NCBI GenBank assembly: GCA_031414595.1
Contig: JANNVX010000098.1
Coordinates: forward strand, 32,001 to 96,000
Direction of reading: 5' to 3'
Source of the DNA: Deinococcales bacterium
GTDB lineage: Bacteria > Deinococcota > Deinococci > Deinococcales > JAAFIG01
Length of the DNA stretch: 64,000 nt
The first letter of the stretch is position 1. Every line of letters starts with the position of its first letter. The notes under the pieces are model-generated. The model saw only the letters and a list, made by a program, of their open reading frames with translations, searched no databases and had not been told where the DNA came from. This document shows, in pieces, positions 41,580 to 51,122 of the stretch. A program made the position numbers and the translations under genes.

Positions 41580-42545
41580 ATGAAAGAAATTATTGTCCAC
41601 CAAGTCAACATTGCCCATTATCGGTTGCTCGAGCTAACGCTGTTGGCTGACCAAGCCAAACCGTTTTATGATTGGATTGAAAAAACTGCTCGACAAATCA
41701 CAGGCTCGCACTTAACCCTGAATGAATTGCTGCTGACTTGCACAAAAGAACAACTCAAAAGTATTGTGATGGCTTGTTATACCCAAACGACGCAACAAAA
41801 ACCATTTCTGTTTGATGGTGTTGGGCGAGCCTACCCCCATAAAAAAGCCTGTTTCTATTTTTTTGCATGGATGATACGAGATGCACCTCAACAACGACTC
41901 GCGCCACTTATCTCGAGAATGCAAAAACTTGTCAGACTCGAGAAAATAGTAATTGAAACAGATAGTCTAATCGAACTGATTTTCGAGTACAGAACGAATG
42001 TCAAGTCTTTTGAATGGCAAGCTGTTCGTGAGGTCGTGATTGACCGTTTAGAAGGCTCGAGGCGAAGTATCAGTGGTAACAAAATAGAAGCCGATGTGCG
42101 AATTGGTTTAGGAATTGCCTTGCAGTGGTATTACGCGGTTCATGGCAATTATGGTCAGTTCAAAGAAATTCAAATTGCTGATAAGCAAATCAAAGTCGGC
42201 AATCACACCATAGATGTATCTGCGAATTTAATTTTAGAGAACAAACAAAGTAAACAAATTTTTATTCCCGTGAAAACCCGAGAAACCGAAGGCGGCGGGC
42301 ATTCACACTTATTCACTCGAGACATCATGAATGCCATAACAGATATTCAATCAGCCAATTGTTTTATTGTGGCGGTCATCATTGCCGAAAATTGGTCAGT
42401 TCATGAACTCGAGACAATCAAAAATCAAATAGATTTGGTACTGTATTTCAACATGAACCCCAATGTTTTTACGGGTTTTGACCAAGCCTCACAAATACAA
42501 TTTAATCAACTTATCGAAAAAATTCTGCAAGGACAAGCATCATGA
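41580..42545 (+). CDS. Putative type II restriction endonuclease
   Basis: RLEGSRRSISG..IE, IDV...PVKTRE PD-(D/E)xK-like pattern; translationally coupled to a DNA MTase. Confidence 0.6.
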   Translation: MKEIIVHQVNIAHYRLLELTLLADQAKPFYDWIEKTARQITGSHLTLNELLLTCTKEQLKSIVMACYTQTTQQKPFLFDGVGRAYPHKKACFYFFAWMIRDAPQQRLAPLISRMQKLVRLEKIVIETDSLIELIFEYRTNVKSFEWQAVREVVIDRLEGSRRSISGNKIEADVRIGLGIALQWYYAVHGNYGQFKEIQIADKQIKVGNHTIDVSANLILENKQSKQIFIPVKTRETEGGGHSHLFTRDIMNAITDIQSANCFIVAVIIAENWSVHELETIKNQIDLVLYFNMNPNVFTGFDQASQIQFNQLIEKILQGQAS

Positions 42546-43456
42546 ACGGTCAGGTTTTCCTTGGGGATGCTCGAGAGATTGCCGTTAATCTCGAGTATCA
42601 TTCTGTTCAAAGTATTATCACCAGCCCACCCTATTTTGGATTGCGAAATTATGCTGACCAGCCAAGCCCAGCCGAAATTGGACAAGAAGCGACAGTTCAA
42701 GAATATGTGACGAACTTGGTCAGTATTTTCCGCAGCTTAAAACAAGCACTTAAACCTGACGGATTACTCTGGCTTAATTTAGGCGATACATACCGCGAAA
42801 AGTCCTTGCTGGGTATTCCGTGGCGCGTTGCTTTAGCTTTACAAGATGATGGTTGGTTATTGCGTTCGGACATTATTTGGCATAAACCCAACGCCATGCC
42901 CTCGAGTATTAAAAATCGCCCAACTACAGACCATGAGTACATTTTCTTATTTGCGCTCAACCGAGATTATTACTATGATGCCGATGCCATCCGTGAGCCA
43001 CACATTACATTCACTGAGCAATCCAAAATGAAAGGTGGGCGAAATCACTTTGGGAAAGAAGGAGGCACACCCGAAAATGGCAAGAACGCTGGCAATAGTA
43101 ACCTTCATGACGGACGATGGGATCAAGCCTTTCACCCAAAAGGCAGAAACAAACGCACTGTATGGCAAATACCTCTAAGTAAATTTAGAGACTCACACTT
43201 TGCGGTTTTTCCAGAAAAACTTGTTGAAACCTGTATTCTTGCTTCGACTCGAGTGTCTGATGTTATCCTTGACCCATTTGCGGGGTCTGGCACAACTGGT
43301 GTTGTTGCCACAAAATTACAACGCCGATTCATAGGTATAGAACTTGTGAAAAAATATCAAGAAATGGCACAGGCTCGAATAAACCAAGCCAACCCACAAA
43401 CCGATTTATTTAGTGTTCTGACAGCCCAAGAAGAAATGACTCATGAAGCCGCCTAA
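42542..43456 (+). CDS. Site-specific DNA methyltransferase, beta class (probable m4C)
   Basis: TSPPY motif IV before LDPFAGSGTT motif I; LWLNLGD, IIWHKPN, HFAVFP. Confidence 0.92.
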   Translation: MNGQVFLGDAREIAVNLEYHSVQSIITSPPYFGLRNYADQPSPAEIGQEATVQEYVTNLVSIFRSLKQALKPDGLLWLNLGDTYREKSLLGIPWRVALALQDDGWLLRSDIIWHKPNAMPSSIKNRPTTDHEYIFLFALNRDYYYDADAIREPHITFTEQSKMKGGRNHFGKEGGTPENGKNAGNSNLHDGRWDQAFHPKGRNKRTVWQIPLSKFRDSHFAVFPEKLVETCILASTRVSDVILDPFAGSGTTGVVATKLQRRFIGIELVKKYQEMAQARINQANPQTDLFSVLTAQEEMTHEAA

Positions 43457-43562
43457 GTTTAAGATAACTCGAGAAGGAAAACGATGAGCCAAGCCAACCC
43501 AAGTTTTAACCCCACTTTTTGCAAGTGCTGTTCATCATTGCACCATGCCTTATGCTCAGTCC

Positions 43563-43772
43563 ATGCCAAAAAAATCTCGAGAAGAGTTGAAAATTGCAGA
43601 GCAGAATTTCATTGAATTGCTTTGTAAAAATTTTAATGAACCAATAGAAGTGTCTTTTATTGAACTAGATACCAGTGATGAAGAAGCAAACCAGCGATTT
43701 TTAGAGTTTTTCAAGCAAGAGTTACCAAACGATTTTGATAAGTTGTTCTCTTCAGAAAAGGAAAAGGGGTGA
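43563..43772 (+). CDS. Hypothetical small protein
   Basis: TATGCT 6 nt before ATG; stop overlaps the next start (GTGA). Confidence 0.5.
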   Translation: MPKKSREELKIAEQNFIELLCKNFNEPIEVSFIELDTSDEEANQRFLEFFKQELPNDFDKLFSSEKEKG

Positions 43773-44047
43773 GTGAAATGTCTGTGACCATCGAAATTGA
43801 AAAAATCCATGCCAGTGCAATCAGTTTCCCCCGAGATGTGATTGAGGACTCAGAAACTCGAGAATTCAGGATTAAAGTTGTGGGCAACGAATTTGTTATT
43901 TATCCGGCACACATGAAATTCTTTGAAGTTGCCACACCTCAACAACGCGCCAATTTGCTGCTCGAGCGATTAGCGCACAATAAATCCAATCCAGATGCAC
44001 CTCAAATTCCAGATGAAGCTTTACGCCGCGAGAATTTTTACGAATGA
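43769..44047 (+). CDS. Putative antitoxin of the PIN toxin
   Basis: C-terminal APQIPDEALRRENFYE typical of PIN-associated partners; ATGA overlap. Confidence 0.6.
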   Translation: MSEMSVTIEIEKIHASAISFPRDVIEDSETREFRIKVVGNEFVIYPAHMKFFEVATPQQRANLLLERLAHNKSNPDAPQIPDEALRRENFYE

Positions 44048-44496
44048 ATATTTTTTTAGACACCAACATTTTTTTAAGACTGACCGATGAAAACTCGAGT
44101 CAACATGAACTTGTCGTTAAAGCTGTGGCGCAATTACTGGCTCGAGGAGACGAACTTTATTTTGCGCCACAAACAATTGTTGAATTTTGGGCAGTGGCAA
44201 CCAGACCACTACAAGCCAATGGTTTGGGGTTAGATGCCCAAACGATAGAACATAAACGAGAAGAATTTTCTGATGAATATAAAATGCTCGAGGAAACCCC
44301 AGCCTTATATGAAAAGTGGCTCGAGTTGGTCAAGCAACACGCGGTTCAAGGTAAGCAAGTCCACGACACCCGACTTGTGGCACAAATGTTGGTGCATAAT
44401 ATCAATACGATTTTGACAATCAACACGGCGGATTTTAAGCGATTCTCGAACATAACGGCTGTGCATCCAGAGCAAGTGCTAAAAGGTGAAGCATAA
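44044..44496 (+). CDS. vapC: PIN domain (VapC-like) toxin
   Basis: FLDTNIFLR, EFW.VATRP, GKQVHDTRLVA, ILT.N.ADF. Confidence 0.88.
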   Translation: MNIFLDTNIFLRLTDENSSQHELVVKAVAQLLARGDELYFAPQTIVEFWAVATRPLQANGLGLDAQTIEHKREEFSDEYKMLEETPALYEKWLELVKQHAVQGKQVHDTRLVAQMLVHNINTILTINTADFKRFSNITAVHPEQVLKGEA

Positions 44497-44549
44497 AGCC
44501 CAAGCAGAAAGCCAAAAGCCAAAGAGGTGAGTTAATGTCAGTTTTAGAA
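44484..44549 (+). repeat. Cassette-junction direct repeat, family J (copy 1)
   Basis: AAGCATAAAGCCCAAGC--AGAAAGCCAAA...GAGGTGAGTTAATGTCAGTTTTAGA. Confidence 0.8.
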
Positions 44550-44729
44550 ATGATTCGAGAAGTTCCAAAATTAACCCATGCAGAGCAAAGTTTATTGCTG
44601 CTCGAGTTGCAAAAATACTTGCAACCACCAGCAGATTTAAGCCAAATTCCAACCAATGGTATAGCCGAGTTATTCCCGTTCTACGAAGCCATTAACGCCA
44701 ACCATGATTTATCCAGAATTGTAAAATAA
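44535..44729 (+). CDS. Small partner protein of retropepsin module (copy 1)
   Basis: RBS GAGGTG; MSVL start; helical; paralogous to 46893, 52952, 53632. Confidence 0.7.
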   Translation: MSVLEMIREVPKLTHAEQSLLLLELQKYLQPPADLSQIPTNGIAELFPFYEAINANHDLSRIVK

Positions 44730-44737
44730 GGCAACCA

Positions 44738-45142
44738 ATGAAATCTGTAACCTACCCATACTTACCAAATAGACAAAATTCTCTGATGCCGTATCTGCCC
44801 GTTCAACTCGAGCAGCAAGGTCGGGTTATAGAAACTATGGCGTTGGTAGACAGTGGCGCAGTTTCCAGTATTTTGCCATATTCAATGGGACTAGCCCTAG
44901 GATTAGATTGGCAGTCAGCCCAACAAGGTTTAGATGTGATTGGAGCAGTTGTTTCACCTTCAAAAAATGTTCGTGCGGTACTGCATATCCCGCAATTCTC
45001 GGCACTCGAGACGGGGTTTTCTTGGGTTGAAGATGATAATAAGCCGTTAATTCTTGGGCAGAGGATTTTCTTTTATCAGTTCCAAGTTCAGTTTGACGGT
45101 CGGCAACCAAGTTTTACTTTGACAAGGCAGGAACAAGCATGA
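44738..45142 (+). CDS. Retropepsin-like aspartic protease (copy 1)
   Basis: MPY, ALVDSGA, GLALGLDW, PLILGQRIFF. Confidence 0.8.
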   Translation: MKSVTYPYLPNRQNSLMPYLPVQLEQQGRVIETMALVDSGAVSSILPYSMGLALGLDWQSAQQGLDVIGAVVSPSKNVRAVLHIPQFSALETGFSWVEDDNKPLILGQRIFFYQFQVQFDGRQPSFTLTRQEQA

Positions 45143-45187
45143 AGCCCAAGCTCGAGCAGAAAGCCAAAAGGGAAGATACAGATGGGT
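45134..45187 (+). repeat. Cassette-junction direct repeat, family J (copy 2)
   Basis: CAAGCATGAAGCCCAAGCTCGAGCAGAAAGCCAAAAGGGAAGATACAGATGGGT. Confidence 0.85.
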
Positions 45188-45203
45188 TACTCGAGGTCAA
45201 GCC

Positions 45204-46199
45204 ATGATAGATAAATCAGACCGAAATAAAACAATAGAATTATCTGAGGCAGAAAAAATGCTTTACTCAGAACGGTTAAGTCGTTTTGATCAATGTGCAA
45301 CCCAAGCCGATGTACAAAATAAAACCTTAAATCAAGATTTGTTCTCGGTACTCGAGTTTTTACCCACTGGTTTTGTGGATTTGTTGTTTATTGACCCGCC
45401 GTATAATTTAAGTAAAACCTTTAACGAAGTCAGTTTTAAGAAAACCTCGTTTGAAGAGTATGTGATTTGGGTAGACCTTTGGCTGTCCAAGTTGGTGCGA
45501 ACCTTAAAACCAAATGCTTCCGTCTATATCTGCTCGGATTGGCTTTCTTCACCTGCTATTTTTGAAGTTGCAAGACGTTACTTTATTGTCCGTAGTCGAA
45601 TCACTTGGGAACGCGAAAAAGGACGTGGTGCATTGACCAATTGGAAAAATTCATCTGAAGATATTTTGTTTTGTACAGTTTCAGATGAATATACTTTTAA
45701 TGTCGAACAGGTCAAACTCAAGAAAAAAGTGATTGCCCCATACCGCACCGATGATGGAATTCCTAAAGATTGGAGCGAAACCGACGATGGCAATTACAGG
45801 CTGACGCATCCATCTAACCTTTGGACAGACATCACCGTGCCATTCTGGTCAATGCCCGAAAATACTGAGCATCCGACGCAGAAACCCGAGAAACTGCTGG
45901 CTAAAATCATCCTCGCCAGTTCAAATGTTGGCGATATGGTTTTTGACCCATTTTTTGGCTCTGGAACAACCTTGGTGACAGCCAAAAAACTCGAGCGAAA
46001 CTTTTGTGGCGTGGAAATAGACCCATATTATGCTTGTATTTGCCAGAAGCGTCTCGAGATGGCAGAGTTAGACGGTGGCATCCAAGGCTACAGCCAAGGT
46101 GTGTTTTGGGAACGCAATACACTGGCAGAACAAAAATCTGAAGCCCCAAAGCCCAAAAAACGCACTTTGGCTCGAGAGCAACAGGAACAATTCTTATGA
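45204..46199 (+). CDS. Site-specific DNA methyltransferase, beta class (m6A/m4C)
   Basis: IDPPYN, HPTQKPE, FDPFFGSGTT. Confidence 0.92.
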   Translation: MIDKSDRNKTIELSEAEKMLYSERLSRFDQCATQADVQNKTLNQDLFSVLEFLPTGFVDLLFIDPPYNLSKTFNEVSFKKTSFEEYVIWVDLWLSKLVRTLKPNASVYICSDWLSSPAIFEVARRYFIVRSRITWEREKGRGALTNWKNSSEDILFCTVSDEYTFNVEQVKLKKKVIAPYRTDDGIPKDWSETDDGNYRLTHPSNLWTDITVPFWSMPENTEHPTQKPEKLLAKIILASSNVGDMVFDPFFGSGTTLVTAKKLERNFCGVEIDPYYACICQKRLEMAELDGGIQGYSQGVFWERNTLAEQKSEAPKPKKRTLAREQQEQFL

Positions 46200-46837
46200 G
46201 CCAAGTTTTTACCCATGGTTTTGAAACTCGCACCCTCGAGAGGCTGAATGCACTGGCAAAAACCATTCCTGTTTCGATTCTGGGCAGCCCCCGCTCAATT
46301 GGGGATACCATCCAAGATTTAATTGGACAGCACTTTCTCGAGTTAATGGGTAAGGAAATTTGTAAGACATACTCGAGTGAATCAGCACGGCGTTCAATGG
46401 CAGATGTGGCTTTTGAAGATTTTGATGGTAATTTTTATTCGGTGGATATTAAAACCCATAATTTAGGTACAAAATTTAATATGCCAAATTTGACTTCTGT
46501 GGAACGTTTAGCACGGCTTTACGAAAGTGACAAAGATTATTTTTGTGTTCTGCTGATTGCTTATGGTGTCGAAAACTCGAGTATTACTTTTGAAAGCGCT
46601 AAATTTGTGCCGATTGAACATATAGACTGGAATTGTTTAACCATAGGTGCGTTGGGTTGGGGGCAAATTCAAATTGCCAATTCAAACAAGTTTTTAACGA
46701 ATGCCACACAAACCAGAAAAGCATGGATGATTGAACTTTGCGATACGCTACTTGGTTTTTATCCTCGAGAAATTCTCAAAATTAACGAACGAATTGAGCA
46801 TTTTGTAGCCATTCGTCAGAAATGGATGGAGCGTTGA
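46196..46837 (+). CDS. Putative type II restriction endonuclease
   Basis: MADVAF...VDIKT PD-(D/E)xK pattern, FNMPNL, GWGQIQI; ATGA-coupled to the MTase. Confidence 0.65.
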   Translation: MSQVFTHGFETRTLERLNALAKTIPVSILGSPRSIGDTIQDLIGQHFLELMGKEICKTYSSESARRSMADVAFEDFDGNFYSVDIKTHNLGTKFNMPNLTSVERLARLYESDKDYFCVLLIAYGVENSSITFESAKFVPIEHIDWNCLTIGALGWGQIQIANSNKFLTNATQTRKAWMIELCDTLLGFYPREILKINERIEHFVAIRQKWMER

Positions 46838-46845
46838 TATGATGT

Positions 46846-46906
46846 CAAGCATGAAGCCCAAGCTCAAGAAGAAAGCCAAAGAGGTGAGTTAAATGTCAGT
46901 TTTAGA
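46846..46906 (+). repeat. Cassette-junction direct repeat, family J (copy 3)
   Basis: CAAGCATGAAGCCCAAGCTCAAGAAGAAAGCCAAAGAGGTGAGTTAAATGTCAGTTTTAGA. Confidence 0.85.
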
Positions 46907-47105
46907 TTATGTGCAACAAGCTAAAAATTATAGTTTAGACGAACGTCAAGAAATCATTGCCAGTCTCCAAGAACAAATTTTTGAGCAGCGACAAAAAACC
47001 ATGATAAAACCACGAAAAGATGGGGTGTTTGAAATTTGGTCTCCGACTGTAGATGCTGCTTCGATGGAAAAACTTCAAGAACGAGCAAGGCAGCGAAAAC
47101 TGTGA
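46893..47105 (+). CDS. Small partner protein of retropepsin module (copy 2)
   Basis: MSVL start, FEIWSP motif; GTGA overlap with the protease. Confidence 0.72.
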   Translation: MSVLDYVQQAKNYSLDERQEIIASLQEQIFEQRQKTMIKPRKDGVFEIWSPTVDAASMEKLQERARQRKL

Positions 47106-47527
47106 GCCGAATAGCCCGATTTCCGTATGCAGAATCAGCTACCAATGTGCGTATGCCGTATATAGATGTGCTTATTGATTCTGGCGAAGTAGCAGTTCGA
47201 GTCAAAGCTCTACTCGATTCAGGCGCAATGGTCAATGTCATTCCAAAGCAAGTAGGAGAACGGCTAAACTTAAACTGGGAAAAAGGAGTAGATATTGCCC
47301 TAGGCGGTAACTTAGGCAAAGCACCTGCTCGAGCCTTTTATTTGAATTGTACAGTACAGGGTTTAGAAGTGACACAACTAGAACTTAATTGGTCAATGCT
47401 CGAGGATATTCCTGTTATTTTTGGGCAGTTTGATTTTTTCCAGAATTTCGATGTGTGTTTTTCGTACTCAGAAAATGAAATTAGTGTGCGACCTAGGCGA
47501 GTACAACAGAATCAAGGTGAAGCATGA
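47102..47527 (+). CDS. Retropepsin-like aspartic protease (copy 2)
   Basis: MPY, ALLDSGA, GERLNLNW, PVIFGQFDFF..FDVCF. Confidence 0.8.
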   Translation: MSRIARFPYAESATNVRMPYIDVLIDSGEVAVRVKALLDSGAMVNVIPKQVGERLNLNWEKGVDIALGGNLGKAPARAFYLNCTVQGLEVTQLELNWSMLEDIPVIFGQFDFFQNFDVCFSYSENEISVRPRRVQQNQGEA

Positions 47528-47572
47528 AGCCCAAGCTCGAGCAGAAAGCCAAAAGGGAAGACACAGATGGGT
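47514..47572 (+). repeat. Cassette-junction direct repeat, family J (copy 4)
   Basis: AAGGTGAAGCATGAAGCCCAAGCTCGAGCAGAAAGCCAAAAGGGAAGACACAGATGGGT. Confidence 0.85.
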
Positions 47573-47668
47573 GTTGTGTAAGGTGGGAAAAGCCCCTCCA
47601 CAAGTAGATGTACTCAAGAAATTACAAAAATCAGGGAACAGCTCAAACGTTTTCAGAAGGTTAAAATA

Positions 47669-48037
47669 ATGGTTGATAAAATGAGTCAGAACAGAAACGT
47701 AAAAAGTGCATATAGTGCAACTCGCATTTCAATTAATTATCAAACCTATGTGGGCGCTCGATATATCGGTTGTGGGCTGACATTGCATTATCTTCCAGAT
47801 TCAGAATTACAAGTCAGTTGTACAGCAGAATTTCCTGTAAATGACAACTACCGAATTAATGTTTGTAAAGCGATAGAAAAAACTTGTCAAGAAAAGTTGT
47901 TTGTAGGACAATTTATTGTTGAAGAAATAGATTTTCATCCTATCTACTCGAGCCAAAATGCTTTTGAAAACGCCGCTCAACAAGCTGTTTTAGCAATTCT
48001 GGGCTTACTTTCTTTTAAGCCTCTCACAATGGAGTGA
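47669..48037 (+). CDS. Hypothetical protein, possible stand-alone EF-G domain IV / S5-domain-2-like fold
   Basis: IDFHPIYSSQNAFENAAQQA resembles EF-G domain IV YHDVDSSE.AF..AA. Confidence 0.45.
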   Translation: MVDKMSQNRNVKSAYSATRISINYQTYVGARYIGCGLTLHYLPDSELQVSCTAEFPVNDNYRINVCKAIEKTCQEKLFVGQFIVEEIDFHPIYSSQNAFENAAQQAVLAILGLLSFKPLTME

Positions 48038-48039
48038 CT

Positions 48040-50406
48040 ATGCCTAAAGTAATTGTGAATGATCGTCAAATCGAAGTCCCTAATGGTGCATCTGCTTTGG
48101 ATGCGGTTTTCCAAGCAGGTTTCGATGTGCCTTATTTCTGCTCTAACGAGTATCTCTCGCCGATTGGTGCGTGTCGAATGTGCCTTGTCGAAGCTGGCTC
48201 GCCGCGTAAAAATCCCGATGGTTCTTGGATTCTCGAGGATGGTGTTCCAAAACTGTTTTACTTCCCCGGTACAGTCGCAAGCTGCACACTGGCAACTTCC
48301 GAAGGCATGGTCATTAAAACCACCACTGAGGCGGCTGTCAAAGCCCAAGCTGGGATGATGGAATTCACGCTGATTAACCATCCGCTTGATTGCCCCACCT
48401 GCGATAAGGGTGGCGCGTGTGAACTCCAAGACCGAGCTTACGAGTATGGTTACGGCGAAGCGCGTTTTGAATTTACTCGCCGTCATGCCGATAAGCACCA
48501 TGCCCTGTCTGATTTTATTGTGCTGGATAAGGAACGCTGCATTCATTGCAAACGCTGTGTGCGTTACTTCGAGGAAATCCCGGGCGAAGAAGTGCTGGAT
48601 TTCATCGAACGCGGTGGGCATACTTTTATAGATTCGTACCAATCCGAAGACTTGGCGGGCGCAAAACTCGGTAATTTTAGCGGCAATATTAACGACCTCT
48701 GCCCTGTAGGAGCGCTGCTCGATAACGTCTCGAGATTCCGTGGGCGCAACTGGGAATATGACCGCACCCAAACCACCGATATGTCCAACGCCGATGGCTC
48801 GAGTATTTGGGTGGATGCTCGAACGGGGCGAATCGAACGCATTCGCGCCGCTCACAACAAAGAAGTTAATGAAATTTGGATTTCCGACGCACAGCGTTTT
48901 GGGCATGAATGGGTGGATGCCGATGCTCGAGTCCGCACGCCACTGATTCGTAAAAATGGCAAACTCGAGCCAGCCACCTTTGATGAAGCTGTTGAAGTGA
49001 TTGCAAAAGCCAATCTCGAGCCGAGCAAATTAGGTTTGTATACCAGTGCTGACATCACCCTCGAGGAAGGTGTGGCGCTTGAGTCGTTTGCTAAGACCAT
49101 TGCGACCATCAATGTAGACCATTTTCCGCGTTATAACAGCGCTCTGAGTGGTGTTGCTCGAGCCACCTTTACCGACCTTGCCAAAGCGGACGCAATTATC
49201 GTGATTGGTGCAGACTTGTACGAAGAATCTGGCACAGCCTACTTGCGAATCGAGGAGAGCTTGAAGGGTGTTATCACCTCCGACACGCAATTTAATCACG
49301 GTGCGCCTTTGGCAGATTTGCGTCTCAAAGAACGCATGGACAGAAAGCGCGGTAAACTGGCGGTCTTTGCACCAATTCCAGTGCAACAAATGAGCCACGC
49401 GGGAATCTCGAGCCTGTATGCAGTAGGTGCTGAACTCGAGCTTTTGGCGCAGATTAACCAAGCCAAATCGGGTAATGACTCGAGCAACGCCCAAGCCAAC
49501 GCTGCTGGCAAACTGCTCTCGAGTGCCAAAAACCCTGTGATTGTGCTGGGTAGCTTTGCGCTTGCCTCAGATGCCGAAAAAGTGTTGGCAGCCGCTAAGA
49601 AACTCGGTGGAAAAATCATGCCGATTCCAGCAGGTGCAAACGGCGCTGGACTCGAGACTTTAGAACTTGTACCAACCAAAAATGGGCGCAGTTTTGGGCA
49701 GTGGGACGGCTTAAAAGGCTTGTTCGTTTCGGGTAGTGCCATGACCAAGCGTCCAAAATCGCTCGAGATGTTGGTGGTTCACACCCATACCCTGACAGGC
49801 GCGGCACTCGAGGCGAATGTGGTGCTGCCAGCCCTGACTGCCTACGAGAAACGCGGCACAACCATGAATCTCGAGGGGCGCTTGTTGCCTTTGGCTGGGG
49901 CAGCCGTGGATGGTGGGCAAGGCGTGGACATGATTGGTGCGTTGCAAGTCTTATCCGATGCCATGAGTGCTAAACTCGAGATTCGTGGAACGCGCAGCGC
50001 CCAACGAATCCTGCAAGATAAATTTGGTCTCGAGATGGACAAAATTGCCGTTGAAGGTGCGTTTCCTGTGAAAACTGTCTCGAGTCGTTCAGCGCCAATT
50101 GTGCGCTCCACCACGGGCGAAACCGTACTGCTTGTGCCAAGAATGTGGTCTGAAAACATGCTCTCGAGCCAGCGCATCCGTGAAAGTGTCGGCGCAGATT
50201 ACTTAACTGTCAACTCGAGTGATGCCCAAAAAATGGGTGTGCGGGATGGCTTTACTTTAGAGCTAGAAGTCAACGGCAAACCTCGAGCCGTGACCGTTCG
50301 GATAGATGATGCGGTGTCTGCGCCAACGCTGCCCGCTTTGAATTCAGATTTGTCTGGGGCGCTTTCGAGTGTCAAAATAGCGGTCATGGCAGGAGGGGAT
50401 GATTAA
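48040..50406 (+). CDS. nuoG: NADH-quinone oxidoreductase subunit G
   Basis: [51 protein letters not shown]. Confidence 0.96.
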   Translation: MPKVIVNDRQIEVPNGASALDAVFQAGFDVPYFCSNEYLSPIGACRMCLVEAGSPRKNPDGSWILEDGVPKLFYFPGTVASCTLATSEGMVIKTTTEAAVKAQAGMMEFTLINHPLDCPTCDKGGACELQDRAYEYGYGEARFEFTRRHADKHHALSDFIVLDKERCIHCKRCVRYFEEIPGEEVLDFIERGGHTFIDSYQSEDLAGAKLGNFSGNINDLCPVGALLDNVSRFRGRNWEYDRTQTTDMSNADGSSIWVDARTGRIERIRAAHNKEVNEIWISDAQRFGHEWVDADARVRTPLIRKNGKLEPATFDEAVEVIAKANLEPSKLGLYTSADITLEEGVALESFAKTIATINVDHFPRYNSALSGVARATFTDLAKADAIIVIGADLYEESGTAYLRIEESLKGVITSDTQFNHGAPLADLRLKERMDRKRGKLAVFAPIPVQQMSHAGISSLYAVGAELELLAQINQAKSGNDSSNAQANAAGKLLSSAKNPVIVLGSFALASDAEKVLAAAKKLGGKIMPIPAGANGAGLETLELVPTKNGRSFGQWDGLKGLFVSGSAMTKRPKSLEMLVVHTHTLTGAALEANVVLPALTAYEKRGTTMNLEGRLLPLAGAAVDGGQGVDMIGALQVLSDAMSAKLEIRGTRSAQRILQDKFGLEMDKIAVEGAFPVKTVSSRSAPIVRSTTGETVLLVPRMWSENMLSSQRIRESVGADYLTVNSSDAQKMGVRDGFTLELEVNGKPRAVTVRIDDAVSAPTLPALNSDLSGALSSVKIAVMAGGDD
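50367..50405 (+). repeat. nuoG 3' end, duplicated at 51081-51119
   Basis: 36/39 identity with 51081-51119. Confidence 0.9.
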
Positions 50407-51048
50407 ATGAAAAAATGGTTACTGATACTGGTTTTACCCCTCTTTGCAGCTTGTTCAACTTTTGGTGGCGGCGAGCCTTGGGCGCGACAATTGCTTGCTC
50501 CGTCAGATAACACTTACCGTCAAGTCTGTGACTACACCCTGAGCAATCAACTTACTTCTAATCAACTCAGTAATTTTGGGGCAGCCGTCATTAAAACCGA
50601 GCAACTGGGGGATTTTAATGTTTTTAGTTCCACTTTCTTAGTGGGATTCACTTGCGGTATCCTCGAGCCACTTGCCAGAATCAATCCATCAGGAAAAGCC
50701 CAGTTGCTGCAAAGTAAAGAATTGGCGGATTTATCTCGCTTAGGGCGTTTTGTTGTTTCTACTCGAGTTCGGGTTAAAAACACCAGTCTGGAGAATAAAA
50801 AACTCACCCTAACTTTAGAAGATGAAAAGGGCGAAACCGTGCTGCAATTAAAACCAGAACCATTTATTGCGGGAACAGACGAAGAACCTCGCATTAGTTT
50901 TGCCCTGATTCCAGCCGATTACACCCCCACGCAATTACAAGCCTTTGAGAAAGTCCAAGCCATGTCTTTCAAAATTCAATTTGGAGAAAGCGAAGCCACT
51001 TTTCGTTTAACCCCCAAGGATTTTGGGGCTTTTCAGGTCAGTAAATAA
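50407..51048 (+). CDS. Hypothetical lipoprotein
   Basis: MKKWLLILVLPLFAAC lipobox. Confidence 0.7.
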   Translation: MKKWLLILVLPLFAACSTFGGGEPWARQLLAPSDNTYRQVCDYTLSNQLTSNQLSNFGAAVIKTEQLGDFNVFSSTFLVGFTCGILEPLARINPSGKAQLLQSKELADLSRLGRFVVSTRVRVKNTSLENKKLTLTLEDEKGETVLQLKPEPFIAGTDEEPRISFALIPADYTPTQLQAFEKVQAMSFKIQFGESEATFRLTPKDFGAFQVSK

Positions 51049-51080
51049 ATTACGAGGTTCGGATTTTCGCGGGATACTTT

Positions 51081-51119
51081 GAGTGTCAAAATAGCAGTGA
51101 TGGCAGGAGGCGATGATTA
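51081..51119 (+). repeat. Displaced duplicate of nuoG 3' end
   Basis: Encodes the same [12 protein letters not shown]; all 3 differences are synonymous third positions. Confidence 0.9.
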
Positions 51120-51122
51120 GGT

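Noticed and set aside
41478-41583. Possible 33-aa ORF after nuoF with a strong RBS
   Set aside because: Too short and featureless to support; may be a remnant junction
47977-48906. 309-aa antisense ORF and other shadow ORFs in the track
   Set aside because: Lie opposite well-supported genes (here nuoG) and show no recognisable motifs
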